From Amphiscolops sp. MND2022 (lineage: Eukaryota), in assembly GCA_964187785.1 (NCBI GenBank), contig OZ076415.1, forward strand, positions 21,018,001 to 21,082,000: a stretch of DNA of 64,000 nucleotides, read 5' to 3'. The notes under the pieces are model-generated. The model did no database searches and was not told the DNA's origin. It saw only the letters and a program-made list of their open reading frames with translations. A program made the translations under genes and the position numbers. Shown in pieces: positions 35,580 through 47,030 of the stretch (the first letter of the stretch is position 1; the number at the start of each line of letters is the position of its first letter).

Positions 35580-38500
35580 CTAGTATCTGTATTCATCAGT
35601 AAAGTTGGGGGTGGGGTTAGGACGAAGATTTTATTTTCCTCCCCTAAGGATTTCGTTTTCTACACTCGCATCATCGTTTTCATCATCTAATACTTCGGGC
35701 ACGATAGTGTCGCTCCCTCCTGTTGATTGTTGGCCATCAAGCTGGTCATTTGTGCGTCCTGAACGGGTTTTTTCAAGCGAATCAAAAATTATCATTTCCG
35801 TGAGGCCCGGTGGACCTTAGGTCCACGTCCGTGAAAATTTCGTCTGGCGTGCTGGCATCATTGACGAGATCATTAGAAGTGTCTAGGGCTTCTCGACGCG
35901 TAGGAATTGAGACTTCTTCTGTTGAATTGGAAAATTCTCCAAAATTGGTTTCCCAAGTGATGACACACAGGTCGTCATGCGGAATAGTGATTTCGTCGTC
36001 CAGTTATAAATTGCCTTCCGGTCTAATGTCTTGTAGGACGGTGTTCGGTTCATATTTATGCAGTCTAATACGATGTAGAATCTGCGTTTTGTTGGAATTT
36101 AGTTTTCTGACTATGTAATGTTCGTTCGGTAAGACTTTTTCTACAATATAGGGTCCTGTTCATCTGTATTCTCAAAACAGAAATTTCGATCTTTGGTGGT
36201 CAGCGACAGTTTGTAATATGAAACAATAGTCGATTTGCTTCAAAGAGGCCGCTTTGACCTTTCGGTCGTAGTATTCTTTGTATTTCAAATAGGATTGCCT
36301 AATGTTTTTTTTGTGGAATCTAGTAATATTTGCGTGCGTCGTTGAAATTCGTCTGCAAAATCTGTAGTCGGAAGGACTTTTGGGTTTGAATTAAGGTCCA
36401 ATTTGTGATCTAGTTTGTTATATGGAATTCGTCCGTGAAAGAATCTGGATGGTTCACAGCCCAGGGTGGCGTAATGAGTTGTATTATACTTTAATTCAGC
36501 TAGAGGCAAATATTTATGCTATTGACGCCGGTAGTCTCCTGAGGCCATTTTCAGGTTCGTTTCGAGGCTAGCATGAGTACGCTCTAGTTTACCAGTTGTT
36601 TGTGGATGATTTGTAGTTCCACATTTGATATGAATTCCCAAAATTTGATCGTTTTCAGCCACCGACTTGGACGTAAAGGCCGTACTTTTGTCTGTGATCA
36701 AAGTAGTAGGCAAGTAGGTGTGCTTGGTCATTATATCAATGATAACTTTTGCCATGTTTGTGGCCGAAGCGTCGGTTCCTGGGTACGCAAAAAGGTATCT
36801 TGAAAACATGTCCATTGCGGTTATTATGTTTTCATATCTTCCACTTGCAAGTAGGTTAGGCAACAAATCAATTTGCATTGCGTCCTCTTGACCTAACTCC
36901 CATTCGGCCAATTAAGTTTGGGATTCTTTTGTCATTTTTACAATTTTTGCATCCTTGAACACCTTTTTCAACGAATTTTGCAATGCCAGAATAATAATAT
37001 TTTTGTCGATTTTCGATGAGCATCTTGGAAATTTCCGGATGTTTATTAACTTTTTCGTGTAAGGATTCAAGTAGTTCCGGGACCAGATGTTTTGGTAAGA
37101 GCACTTGATTGTATTTGATAGATCCCGTTTCATCAAAATACTGTCTAGTGGTAATTTCGTGACGGACGAACAGTCGGTCCATTTGGCGACAGAGATGTTG
37201 GTAGCGGTTATCTTGCAATAGGATGGTTTCTGAGTAGTTTTCTTTCAGTATTTTGAGTCGCAATTGTTGCAAAACGACGTCGTTGTTTTGTTCTGCTGCT
37301 ATAGAGTTCGTGTAGGATAGTTTTTGAAAAGTGGTACGTTTGTGATAATCGCGTTTATGTGTAGTAAATTGTTCGAATGAGGTGTCCGGTAGTTGATGTT
37401 TTGGGTGATTCCTAGTTTCCATTTTACGTTGTAAATTTTGTTCTTCCGTCTCGTCGTCATCCTTCGTATAAAATATTTGTTCCTCTTCTGACACTCCTGC
37501 CGATTGGACGTGTAGTTCAACCGGTATATCTTCTCTAGTTCTGAGGATCAATTTTTCTTTCGAAGAGTTTTCGAGACGAGACAAGCGGTCGGCGGCTGCG
37601 TTGTTTTTGCCTGGAATAAGGGCAATTGTGAAATTGAATTGAATGACATAGTCACATGCATTCCATAGTGTTTGTGGAATGATTTTTGTTTTAAAAAATT
37701 ATGTGACTGATTTGTTGTCGGTAAGTATAATCACGGGATTTGGAGTTCCCCAAAAGATGTGTCGAAAATCTTTAAAGGCAAAGAAAATTGCCAAGAATTC
37801 TTTTGCGTAGATGGACATTTTCAAATGGGTTGGACTAAAGGTCTTGGATCCATTAGCTACTGGTGCAAAAGTTTTCATCGTGGAAGTGTATTTTTCGAGG
37901 GGATCATCTTCGATGAGAACTGCGTACCCTGCGGCCGAAAAGCTAGCGTCAGTCATAAGGGCTATTTGCTTATTCGGTAAGGGTTGTTTGAGTGCCAGCA
38001 TCGGTCAAAAATTTTATTTTAATCAGTGAAATTTTCCAATAGGTCCGGTGTTACCAAGACTTTTTCATCTTTAGTTAGCATTTTGAAAATCGGTGTTGGT
38101 TTTTCCGAGAGCCTTGGGATATAGTTCCTCTAATAGTTTAGGAATCGCAAGTAACGGTGGAGTACCTTCTTTGATTTCGGCAACTTCCTATTTTCTAGGA
38201 AGTTTTGGACCCGTGGTCTCTGCGGCTTCACTCCAGCAGGAGTGATGGTACGTCCCAGAAAATAAATTTCCGTTGCACCAAAATGGTATTTATGCTTCGT
38301 TAGTTTCAGACCAGCTTGTTGAATGCACTGAAATGTGGCCCTCAGGTTGTGTATAAGTTGTTCGGCATCGTTGGCAGCGTTGCCAATATCATCAACATAT
38401 TGGGCACATTGGTCTGCTTTAATGACTGTCCAAATATTCGCGCATGAAACTAGAAAAGGCCGATAGGGCTCGACTAAGTCTTTGTGCCAATCTTCGGTAT

Positions 38501-40430
38501 GCGAAGAACCTGCTGGCGAAGTTGAAAGCAAGCATTTCGATGGACGCTGGTCAGCCAACTGTAGGCAGTGTTATGTTGCAAGCAGTCTAAATTGCAAAAC
38601 AGCTTTTTCCCAGCCATGTGTTGGGCTGCATCTGTGAATGTACTCACGGGGTGGGTGTTATTTACAAAATCGTCGGAAATAAGCTCGTAAATTTTGCGCA
38701 AATCAGCTAAAAGTTGCAGTTTGCAGTTAGGTTTCTTTTGGGCAAATATTGGGCTTGCGTATTTGGAGACTGGGAGTGTTGTAATTATCCCATAGCGATG
38801 TTGAAATGCTAATTCTACAAGGCCGTCTTCCTCGAGGTTGATTAGTGCTGGTAAACTCTGACTATAGGCTGGGGAGTCATCTTTTGGTGTCAATTTGACC
38901 TTGACGTTCTCGTTCATACCTATGTTAAATCAATGTCCTCCTAATATGTCGTGAAATTCGACAGGTAAGTCTTCTATGCGCGCAATTTCAGCAGGTTGTA
39001 GCATAGAGTCTGTCCAGTCAAAGTTAGACAAAACTGTCGTCTCGACTCAGGGTTGTCCTGAGGATTGAGTTTCTCTAATTCTTGGAGATCGATTAGTTTG
39101 GACAAAATCCTTTTCTGGATTGGCGTGTGATGTTGAGGGTCCCCAGGGTCCTCTGGTGTGGGAAACCAGTAGTTTTTTTGAAGTCCTCAGGTTTTGTAGA
39201 TTTGATCAAGCTGCTTGCATAGTAAGCAGCATTCTCAGGGTTATCCTGCAAGAGGTGCCATGTGGTCACCGGATCTATAGGTTTGACATATTTCATCTGT
39301 TCTGGTGTCAGGACAGTAAAAGTGGCTACTTGCGTGCCTCTTTCGAGGGTGTATGGCCTGTCAGTGAAGTTGTTCAGATGAAAGGATACTTGACCAATGG
39401 TTAAAGTGACTAGAGCGGCACAGAAGGCAATATCGCCGTCATCTGTGAGGGTGCTGCTCGGTTGAAGGATCCCAGTAACTGTAGTGTCTTCGTACAGTTG
39501 TGAAGCTAGTGTCGGTCATAAGATGGGTTGGTTACATCCTCTCCAATGCAAATGGGTTCCATGATGTTAGTATTTTTGAGATCTGCAGTTTTTAATTGCA
39601 TTGAAAATAAAAGGGAATCTCAGGACACTTTGTCCCATGTCCAGAATGGTGTTGTTCCGTTGAAGGAACGAAAGACCAAACTACGGACTTGTGAGTTTTT
39701 CCATGACTATGAAAATTTCCTGAAAATCTATGTCGCCAACTTCAAGTTTCAATTCGATTGTGCTTTTCCGATTTTCCAGCAGCCCGTTTGCAGCCATCAT
39801 TTGGAAATTGAGTGTTGGGCCCTCTTTGATAATAGACTGAGGGGCTAATAGGCGGATTTTACGTAGATCAGCTTAAGGGATTGCACTAGATAGAGGTCCT
39901 GTGTCTACAAGGCCATCTAAAGTTAGTTCGCCGAAAGTCATTTTAAAATAAAGCATTCGTCGTTTGTATTTGAGGCCAAGATGGGATGTCAGCGGTACAG
40001 AGTCTGGTTCGCCAATTCTGGTGACTACGGTGTTTACAAAACGTGCTGCAACTGCTGTAGCCAGGGAGACCTGTGGTCCTCCACGGTGAAACTCGTCATC
40101 AGCGCCGGGCGGGGTTGGTTGGTGGATGAGTTGTTCACCGTGTTGCCATTGGTCGACTCGAGCATTTCCAAGGATGGTATTCAGAGCTTGGTCTATTTCG
40201 GTAGAATCAGGCTCTACGTCCTGTTCTGGTTTGTTGTAATTGTTGTAAAAGTATAGATGATGTTGATTGTAGCAATAAGCCTCCCAGTAGGGGTCAAAAC
40301 TATAGTCAGAGTCAGGGTAATATAGAATATAGTCATCAATGAAAGGTATAAGACGTATAGTCGAAGTATCGTTTTGTAGTCTATTGGACATAGGGTCCAA
40401 AGTGGTGGGAAAATTAGGTGGAGTCTTCAT
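35580..40430 (-). pseudogene. pol of element B (PR, dUTPase-fold-like spacer, RT, RNase H, integrase)
   Basis: LVDTG (~39900); KYASPIFAQKK; AQYVDDIG (~38390); LMTDASF; MDMFSRYLFAYP; GKLERTHASL; CEPSRFFHGRIPYN; end motif NLRPNPTPNFTDEYRY*. Confidence 0.95.
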
Positions 40431-40539
40431 CTGCTGCTGCCAGTCAGCTGATGATATTTCTTTGAGAGTTGTATATTACTCATTGAAATAAATATTGAAG
40501 GGTCAGATATTATATACTATCTGACACGGAGTTTTTCAT

Positions 40540-42251
40540 TTATTTGTAGTCGTGGCAAATCTCGTTTGTTGGGATTTCTAAGATTGATGTCGTCTTCTTA
40601 TTTTCGTCTTCTGGGCTGGTATACGTATCGGCAAAGGTGGTGTCCTCCAGTTTAAGATTTTTGGGCTTGAGGTGGGCACCAGCGCCTTTCCAACACCGTT
40701 CCGCCGGGTTGTTCGTTTTGTCGCAAGTTGGACATTTTGGATATTCTTTCTTGGTATCCTGCCCGTCATTGCGTCGTTGTTCCTCCTTTCTTTTGAATTT
40801 TCGGCAGTCATCTTTGACATGCCTAGGTTTTTTGCAACAGTTGCAAGTAACATTTGGATCTATGCCAAAAGAAAGAAGGCCAGTTCCCGGTTGTGTTGCT
40901 GTAGGGGCAGTGGACATTGTTGGTAGTGGAATGTCGCCCCCCTCCTCAAGTCCATTGAGCTCAAACTCACGTTCTAAATGAGTGACTCTTTCCTCCTAGG
41001 TTGCGTTTTCAAGTCTAGCCATATTGACGGTGCGTTTCCATTTGGGTGGCAATTAGGCATAAAGAAGACTGTCGATCATGGCCTGGGCATTCCCGCCAAA
41101 CGCTTTTTCAGATTCTTGATTGAATTCCTCAAGGATTTTTGGCAATTTCAAAGTAGTTGGATCAACCACCAAACTGTGCCATTTGTGTTTTTGGCGGTCG
41201 CCTGGGACACGAGTTTGACGTATTTCCGACGAAATACTGCCAAGATGTCTTCCAAAGTTTGCCTGTTTGCCGTATTGATGTTACGGAAAGTTTGTAACGC
41301 ATTCTTGCGTAACAATGAATGATATGGTTTGGTTTTCATTGTTTCATTCATATCAGGTTGCATTTTTATCATGGTGTGAAAGAGGTACTCGAAAATATCG
41401 AATTTCTCCGATTTGCGGTCAAACGTCACTGTAGTCGTGCGATTTGGGCGTACCATCAGTGTTTGTGCTGATGGGCGGTAATTCATGCCAACTAAAACTT
41501 CTGCAAGACGGTCGATGGGGTCTGAAGGAGTAGTTTGGCTTGCAGGTTCCTGGACCTGTAGGCCATGGTCCAAAGACTCGTCTACATTAGAGTTTTGATG
41601 TTGCAGGGGTTCACGGGAGTGCATGGGCCATCCAGTGAGAAACTCAGTAAGGTTGGCTCCTGTCACCATGTCGCATTTTTTTTCGCTACTATAGGAGTGT
41701 ACTGAAATCTGGCGAGACATTTGTCTGCTATTTTCCTGCATAAAACACCTTTTGGGACGATTTTCCCCCGTTTTCCGAGTATTTTTTGCTTCGGGGTTCC
41801 GTTGTAGCCCACTGGACCTTTGGTCCTCCATGGTGAAATTAGCTCTTCCATGCATTTCCAACGTATTTTGAATAGAAGGAAGTACGGCACTAGTTATTGC
41901 TGATGTTATCGCATCTTGTATTTGGGAATTTAGACTAGTTTTGATTCCATTGGGTCTTCTTGAAATCTGATTAACAATTTCCTCATTAATCAACCTAGTC
42001 GTTTCAACAGTTATCTCACTGTTTTCTCTACTATTGGTGTGAAGTGACCTAAAGTCTTCTCCTGTTAAATTAGAGTTTCTTTGAGGCCCGCCAGACTCTG
42101 AGTCCAAATTCAGTTCATTTTCACTCTGATCATCTCTATCCTCATTTCTTGTATAACTTCCTAACATTACATCAACATTTTCCACATCATACATAATGTC
42201 CAACTGTCTTGATCGCCTTTGCTTAGCTTTTTGCTTTCTAGTAGACGGCAT
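40540..42251 (-). pseudogene. gag of element B, starting inside the 5' LTR
   Basis: ATG of MPSTRK at 42251. Capsid-like TFDRKSEKFDIFEYLFHTMIKMQP. Two knuckles CNCCKKPRHVKDDC and CPTCDKTNNPAERC after a frameshift. Confidence 0.9.
41657..41668 (-). promoter_or_regulatory. Primer binding site TGGTGACAGGAG
   Basis: Immediately follows the LTR CA end. Resembles the complement of tRNA-Leu(CAG) or tRNA-Trp 3' ends; primer identity is unresolved. Confidence 0.8.
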
Positions 42252-43153
42252 TGAAGAATTGTAATAATTTCTTGAACGACAGTAGGTACAGATCAAAAAA
42301 TAAGCAAAGTTGATCACTGTTCGAAATTTAATAGATTGAAATATAGCAACTTGTTTGTAGTTCGGTAATTTCCAAAGAAGATCCTGAGTCCTTTGTCCCT
42401 CCTATTTATAGTTGGGAGGAGGTGACCGCACAAATACTGCGTGTCAGGTTACTAAAAATAGCATCTCGTAAGGTTACATCACCCTGATGTCATCAGATCA
42501 CAGAGGGGGGCTTGGCGCTTAAGCCGACAAGATGGTAAAATGGTTACAAAGCTTAACATGTATGTTGAACTCTAATCTACAATATTACATGCACAACAAA
42601 TACAACAATTCATGCTGAACACAATGATTCACCGTAGCGGACTTTAAGTCCGCGAGGCTACACTCAAATTTAGTACTGGCAGCAGCCGCACACTAATTCC
42701 ACCGTGGTGGACGTTCCGTCCACGGAGCTACATAAATCTACTGCTCTCTGATTGGCTAGTAATATTAGGACAGCAGGTACAATTAGCTAGAGGAAGCGTT
42801 CATTTGAACTCGTTTCCTCTTCCGCATCTAATTGCATTTCTTTATTTCATCAATTTGCATTCGGATTACCAAAATACATCAATTTCCTAGCAACAAAACA
42901 GGCACAGAACTATTTGCTAATTAGTCAATTATAGCCCCGTAAACTAAATTAATATTTGTGTTGTGGCCATATGGACCGTAAGTCTTCTATAGTGTGAATA
43001 TAAAATGACACCAATAACTATAAGATTACCTGCAACACACTGTACTATCAGTATTTTGTTATCTAAATGGGTAGAACTCCGGGTGGGGGTTAGTATTATC
43101 TCCCTCTAGTGAGATTTGGTAGCAATTACCGTCGCACGCGGCAGCCTGCGACA
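41669..43153 (-). repeat. 5' LTR of element B (1,485 bp)
   Basis: 7-bp inverted termini TGTCGCA..TGCGACA. TATAAATA on the minus strand at 42403-42410. Confidence 0.95.
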
Positions 43154-43869
43154 CCACCCTTCCGGGAATGTGGCTATTCATACTTTAGGGAACATGACAC
43201 CAGGAAACTGAGTGTCTTGTCACTAAAGATAAATATTGCGTCATTGCGCCTAATTAGTGACTAAGATTAGGTTGACATCATTCATGACTTATCATCTAGA
43301 AATAACAACAAGATTATAATTTCGTTTCACAACAATTACATGTTTATAACTGTTAAAATAGCACAAAGCGTCACTATGTCGAGATATTAACATGTTACAG
43401 ATTGGTTATTTGCATGCAAGTTTTTAAAATCAACAAAATGGACGTCAAATCTTTTCGACTACAGCTGAATAACAATACAATAACAATACTGCATATTCAA
43501 CGATAAGATTGGCTCGTACAATTGCGGTAAACTGGTCAACTGGACTTGTCCAATTGAACGCGTTTCTTTTTCTCATTACAGCCATTTCAATTAATTCTAA
43601 TCTAATTCAACAACAATTTACACCGATAATAACTGAACCTGTGAAGTATAGCACCTGTTCATCTAGAGTATTAGCGTTGATCTGAGTATTAGAATTGGTA
43701 ATACTGAAACGTAAAGCAACCTTACTGAATAAACGAAAAGGTTAACATGAAATTATTATAGGTCGTTCATTTCAGTTTTGTAATAGCACCCGGGCGGACA
43801 CAAGGTCGGAATTCTTGAAATCGTGAGAATACCGGGGCAGCACTGAGTTATCGCCTTCAAGAGATATTT

Positions 43870-45790
43870 GATAATGGTCGTCGCAGGCGGCGACAGTCGA
43901 GCAAAACTTGCAGTAGACAAACTTGCATGAACGTTCTTGCAGAGCAATTTTCCGACAACTATACCCCAGATTTTTCAGAGGAAACTATTTTTTTTATATA
44001 CTTTAAAACTTTCTTTTACGAGATAGGTTAGAAATAAGTAAAAACACTGGTGGTCCAAGACTTTGAATATGGACTGCGAATGTCGATAATGTGGATCTTG
44101 TCGATGTCTTGACTAAAACCACTTTGGTTGTAAAACAGTTTGAAAATGGAAAAAAACGTACATTAAAAGCTTGGCAACTCAAAGTTCTTTGGATATTTCA
44201 CTTTTTCCACAGCTACTGTCATTTCTTAAAATGAAGGCCAGAAGTTTGATAATTTTTTCTCGAGGGAATTTGTGAACGTGACTGGTGTTTCGATACACTC
44301 GAATAGCTTGGGACCAAGAATGTCTTGAACATGGATCACCAAAATTGCCTAGGTTTTAAACAAAATTTGAGTTTTCTGCTTGAGTTTGAAGTAATTTTCT
44401 CATGGTGTACCTTTTTTCAAGTAGTTCGTATGTACCTCAGGTTTTTCTCACGATTCCGTGATTTTTCAAGGTGTTTCGCACATACTTTTCTGATTGTGTT
44501 TCAGTAAATGTTGGTATTTTGGCAAGAACATGAAAACATTATTTGGTGTCGAAACCTTTAAAAATGGTTCAATGGGTCAAAGGTAGATTTTGAGTTCTGC
44601 TTTAAAAAGTAATACATATTTATGTTGAAGTTTTATGTGTAAATTGTTGCATCTGAACTTTCGCTCACAAAATATCTTGATAATTTTCAAAACTTGTTCA
44701 GTATAATCGAGAATTTTTGCCTGATAAAACGTTTTCCACCTTGAACATTATTTACAACAGTATTCATGAGTACCACTAATAAAAGGTGTTGTATTTCATA
44801 GTATATTCTAGTATTTTTCATAATAATAGTGGTCCTTTACCACCACTTTATAGGCGAAGAGATGTTTGATAATTGCTGTCGCAGGCGGCGACAATCTAGC
44901 GAAACTTGCAGTAGACAAACTTGCGGCATACAAACTTATAGTAGACAAACTTGCATGAAAGTTCTTGCAGGACAATTTTCCGACAACTTCACCCCAGATT
45001 TTTCAGAAGAAACTATTTTTATTATATACTTTAAAACCTTCTTTTACGAGATAGGTGAGGAATAAATGAAAACACTGATGGTCCAAGACTTTGAATTATG
45101 GACTGCGCGTGTCGATAATGTGGATCTTGTCGATGTTTCGATTAAAACCACTTTGGTTGTAAAAAATATTGAAAATGGAAAAAACGTACATTAAAAGCTT
45201 GGCAACTCGAAGTTCTTTGAATATTTCGCTTTTTTTCATAGCTACTGTCATTTCTTAAAATGAAGGCCAGAAGTTTGATAATTTTTTCTCGAGGGAATTT
45301 GTGAACGTGACTGGTGTTTCGATACACTCGAATAGCTTGGGACCAAGAATGTCTTGAACATGGATCACCAAAATTGCCTAGGTTTTAAACAAAATTTGAG
45401 TTTTCTGCCTGAGTTTGAAGTAATTCTCTCATGGTGTACCTTTTTTCAAGTAGTTCGTATGTACCTCAGGTTTTTCTCACAATTCCGTGATTTTTCAAGG
45501 TGTTTCGCACATACTTTTCTAATTATGTTTCAGTAAATTTTGGTATTTTGGCAAGAACATGAAAACATTATTTGGTGTCGAAACCTTTAAAAATGGTTCA
45601 ATGGGTCAAAGGGGGTTTTTAAGTTCTGCTTTAAAAAGTTTTACGTATTTATGTTGAAGTTTTATAAGTGTAATTTGTTGCATCGGAACTTTCGCTTACA
45701 ACATGTCTGGATAATTTTCAAAAAGTTTCCAGTATAATCGGAAACTTTTGCCTGATGAAACAGTATTCATAAGGACCACTAATAAAAAGC
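43870..45790. repeat. Tandem duplication of a ~1.03-kb unit
   Basis: Paired 60-aa spurious ORFs at 44325 and 45354 (offset 1029). Both units start at gtcgcaggcggcgaca. About 90% alike by eye. Confidence 0.9.
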
Positions 45791-46448
45791 TTCATAGGCG
45801 AAAACGAAGATTAGTTGAAGAGAAAAAAATGATCTGATTCGTGAGTGTTTGCGGCTTCGACCTTGTTAAATTGCTCGAACTTTTTGCATACACTCTAATG
45901 TTTCAGGCAATTTTATCATGATTTTCTAAAAGTCATTCGACATTCATGCAAAACTTCCCTGTTTTATTCGACTTTTTTGTATCAAGCTGCTTGAAAGAAG
46001 CATTCTTAAGTTGTCAGCAAGTTGTCAGAAGCATCAAGTTACTATAAGAAACCATTCAAAATTTGAATGCAACTACACTTTAGGTCTTCTCAATTTTACT
46101 GCCATTTCCATGCAAAATAACTCAAATCGCGTAATGAGCTGCAAACTAGGGTCATCTTCAGCGTGCTGTTTGAGAAGAGGTGATAACATCAGATGAGTAG
46201 TTGAGAAAACAAAGAGTGAAACCAACGTGATCGTGTCGGTAACGAAATGAGAATAACATGTTTTCGGTTCAAATTTCAATAGTGGAAACTGCAGTGTCAC
46301 TCTACCACAGAAGCTTACTGAATTTTCTTATATTTTTTTCAAAAACCTGCCGGCTCGAAGGCCTGCAGCATGTAAAAAGTTAAAAGTTTCAGCAGTCTCG
46401 ACTAAGGCGATGATAAACGTGTTAATGCAGTCTGATCTACTAGAATTA

Positions 46449-47030
46449 CTAAACATTTCTAAGTTCGCTTACTGAAATCTGTTTTGAGTGTAAAGTATGA
46501 ATGATTTTTAGTTTGTCAGAAGAACTATAAGATGTGACATGACCATCCGGGTTCTTGGTAGCTTCTACTAGTTTGATATTGTGGCCGATAACTCGGTTGC
46601 GAAACTCGGCTACTGTTTGGCACTCCATTCGACAAGTCGTAACCGATAGAAGTTTCCCCGCTATAATAAGATCGTCGTGCTTCTTGAGTTGACCGAGTTT
46701 CAGCGATACGCCTGACACTTTCTTGGGATCTGATTCCACGTCCACTGTAATCTCTGGGATCTTCAATTGAACCCGTAAATCTCGCTCGTGTAGTGCAAGC
46801 TGGTGTCGCTGGGCGGCGAATTGACGCGGACTGTGTTCTTGATGAAGAAGTGACAGATCTGTTTCTTGTTGAAGGGCCAGAAATTTCTTCAGAGCCTGAA
46901 TTGCTTGCCGTGAATCTTTGAGAGTTAGCAAGCTCAGAGGTTGATGGATCTCCTTGACGAAGGTTACAAGTTGATTCGCTTCTTGTTGTATCGGTACTCG
47001 GGTTAGGTAGATGCACAGAAACTCTGCCAC
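46449..47030 (-). CDS. Hypothetical 193-codon open frame, possibly an exon
   Basis: Long stop-free frame in AT-rich DNA, with a candidate acceptor (ttcttcgtcag) near 47032 and donor (gtaagc) near 46477. No domain recognised. Confidence 0.35.
   Translation of the reverse strand: MAEFLCIYLTRVPIQQEANQLVTFVKEIHQPLSLLTLKDSRQAIQALKKFLALQQETDLSLLHQEHSPRQFAAQRHQLALHERDLRVQLKIPEITVDVESDPKKVSGVSLKLGQLKKHDDLIIAGKLLSVTTCRMECQTVAEFRNRVIGHNIKLVEATKNPDGHVTSYSSSDKLKIIHTLHSKQISVSELRNV

Larger units (their letters stand above)
27954..43153 (-). mobile_element. Full-length 15.2-kb Ty3/Gypsy LTR retrotransposon (element B), decayed
   Basis: Two LTRs, 5-bp TSD CCACC (27949-27953, 43154-43158), PBS, PPT, and gag-PR-RT-RH-IN order. 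Confidence 0.96.
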
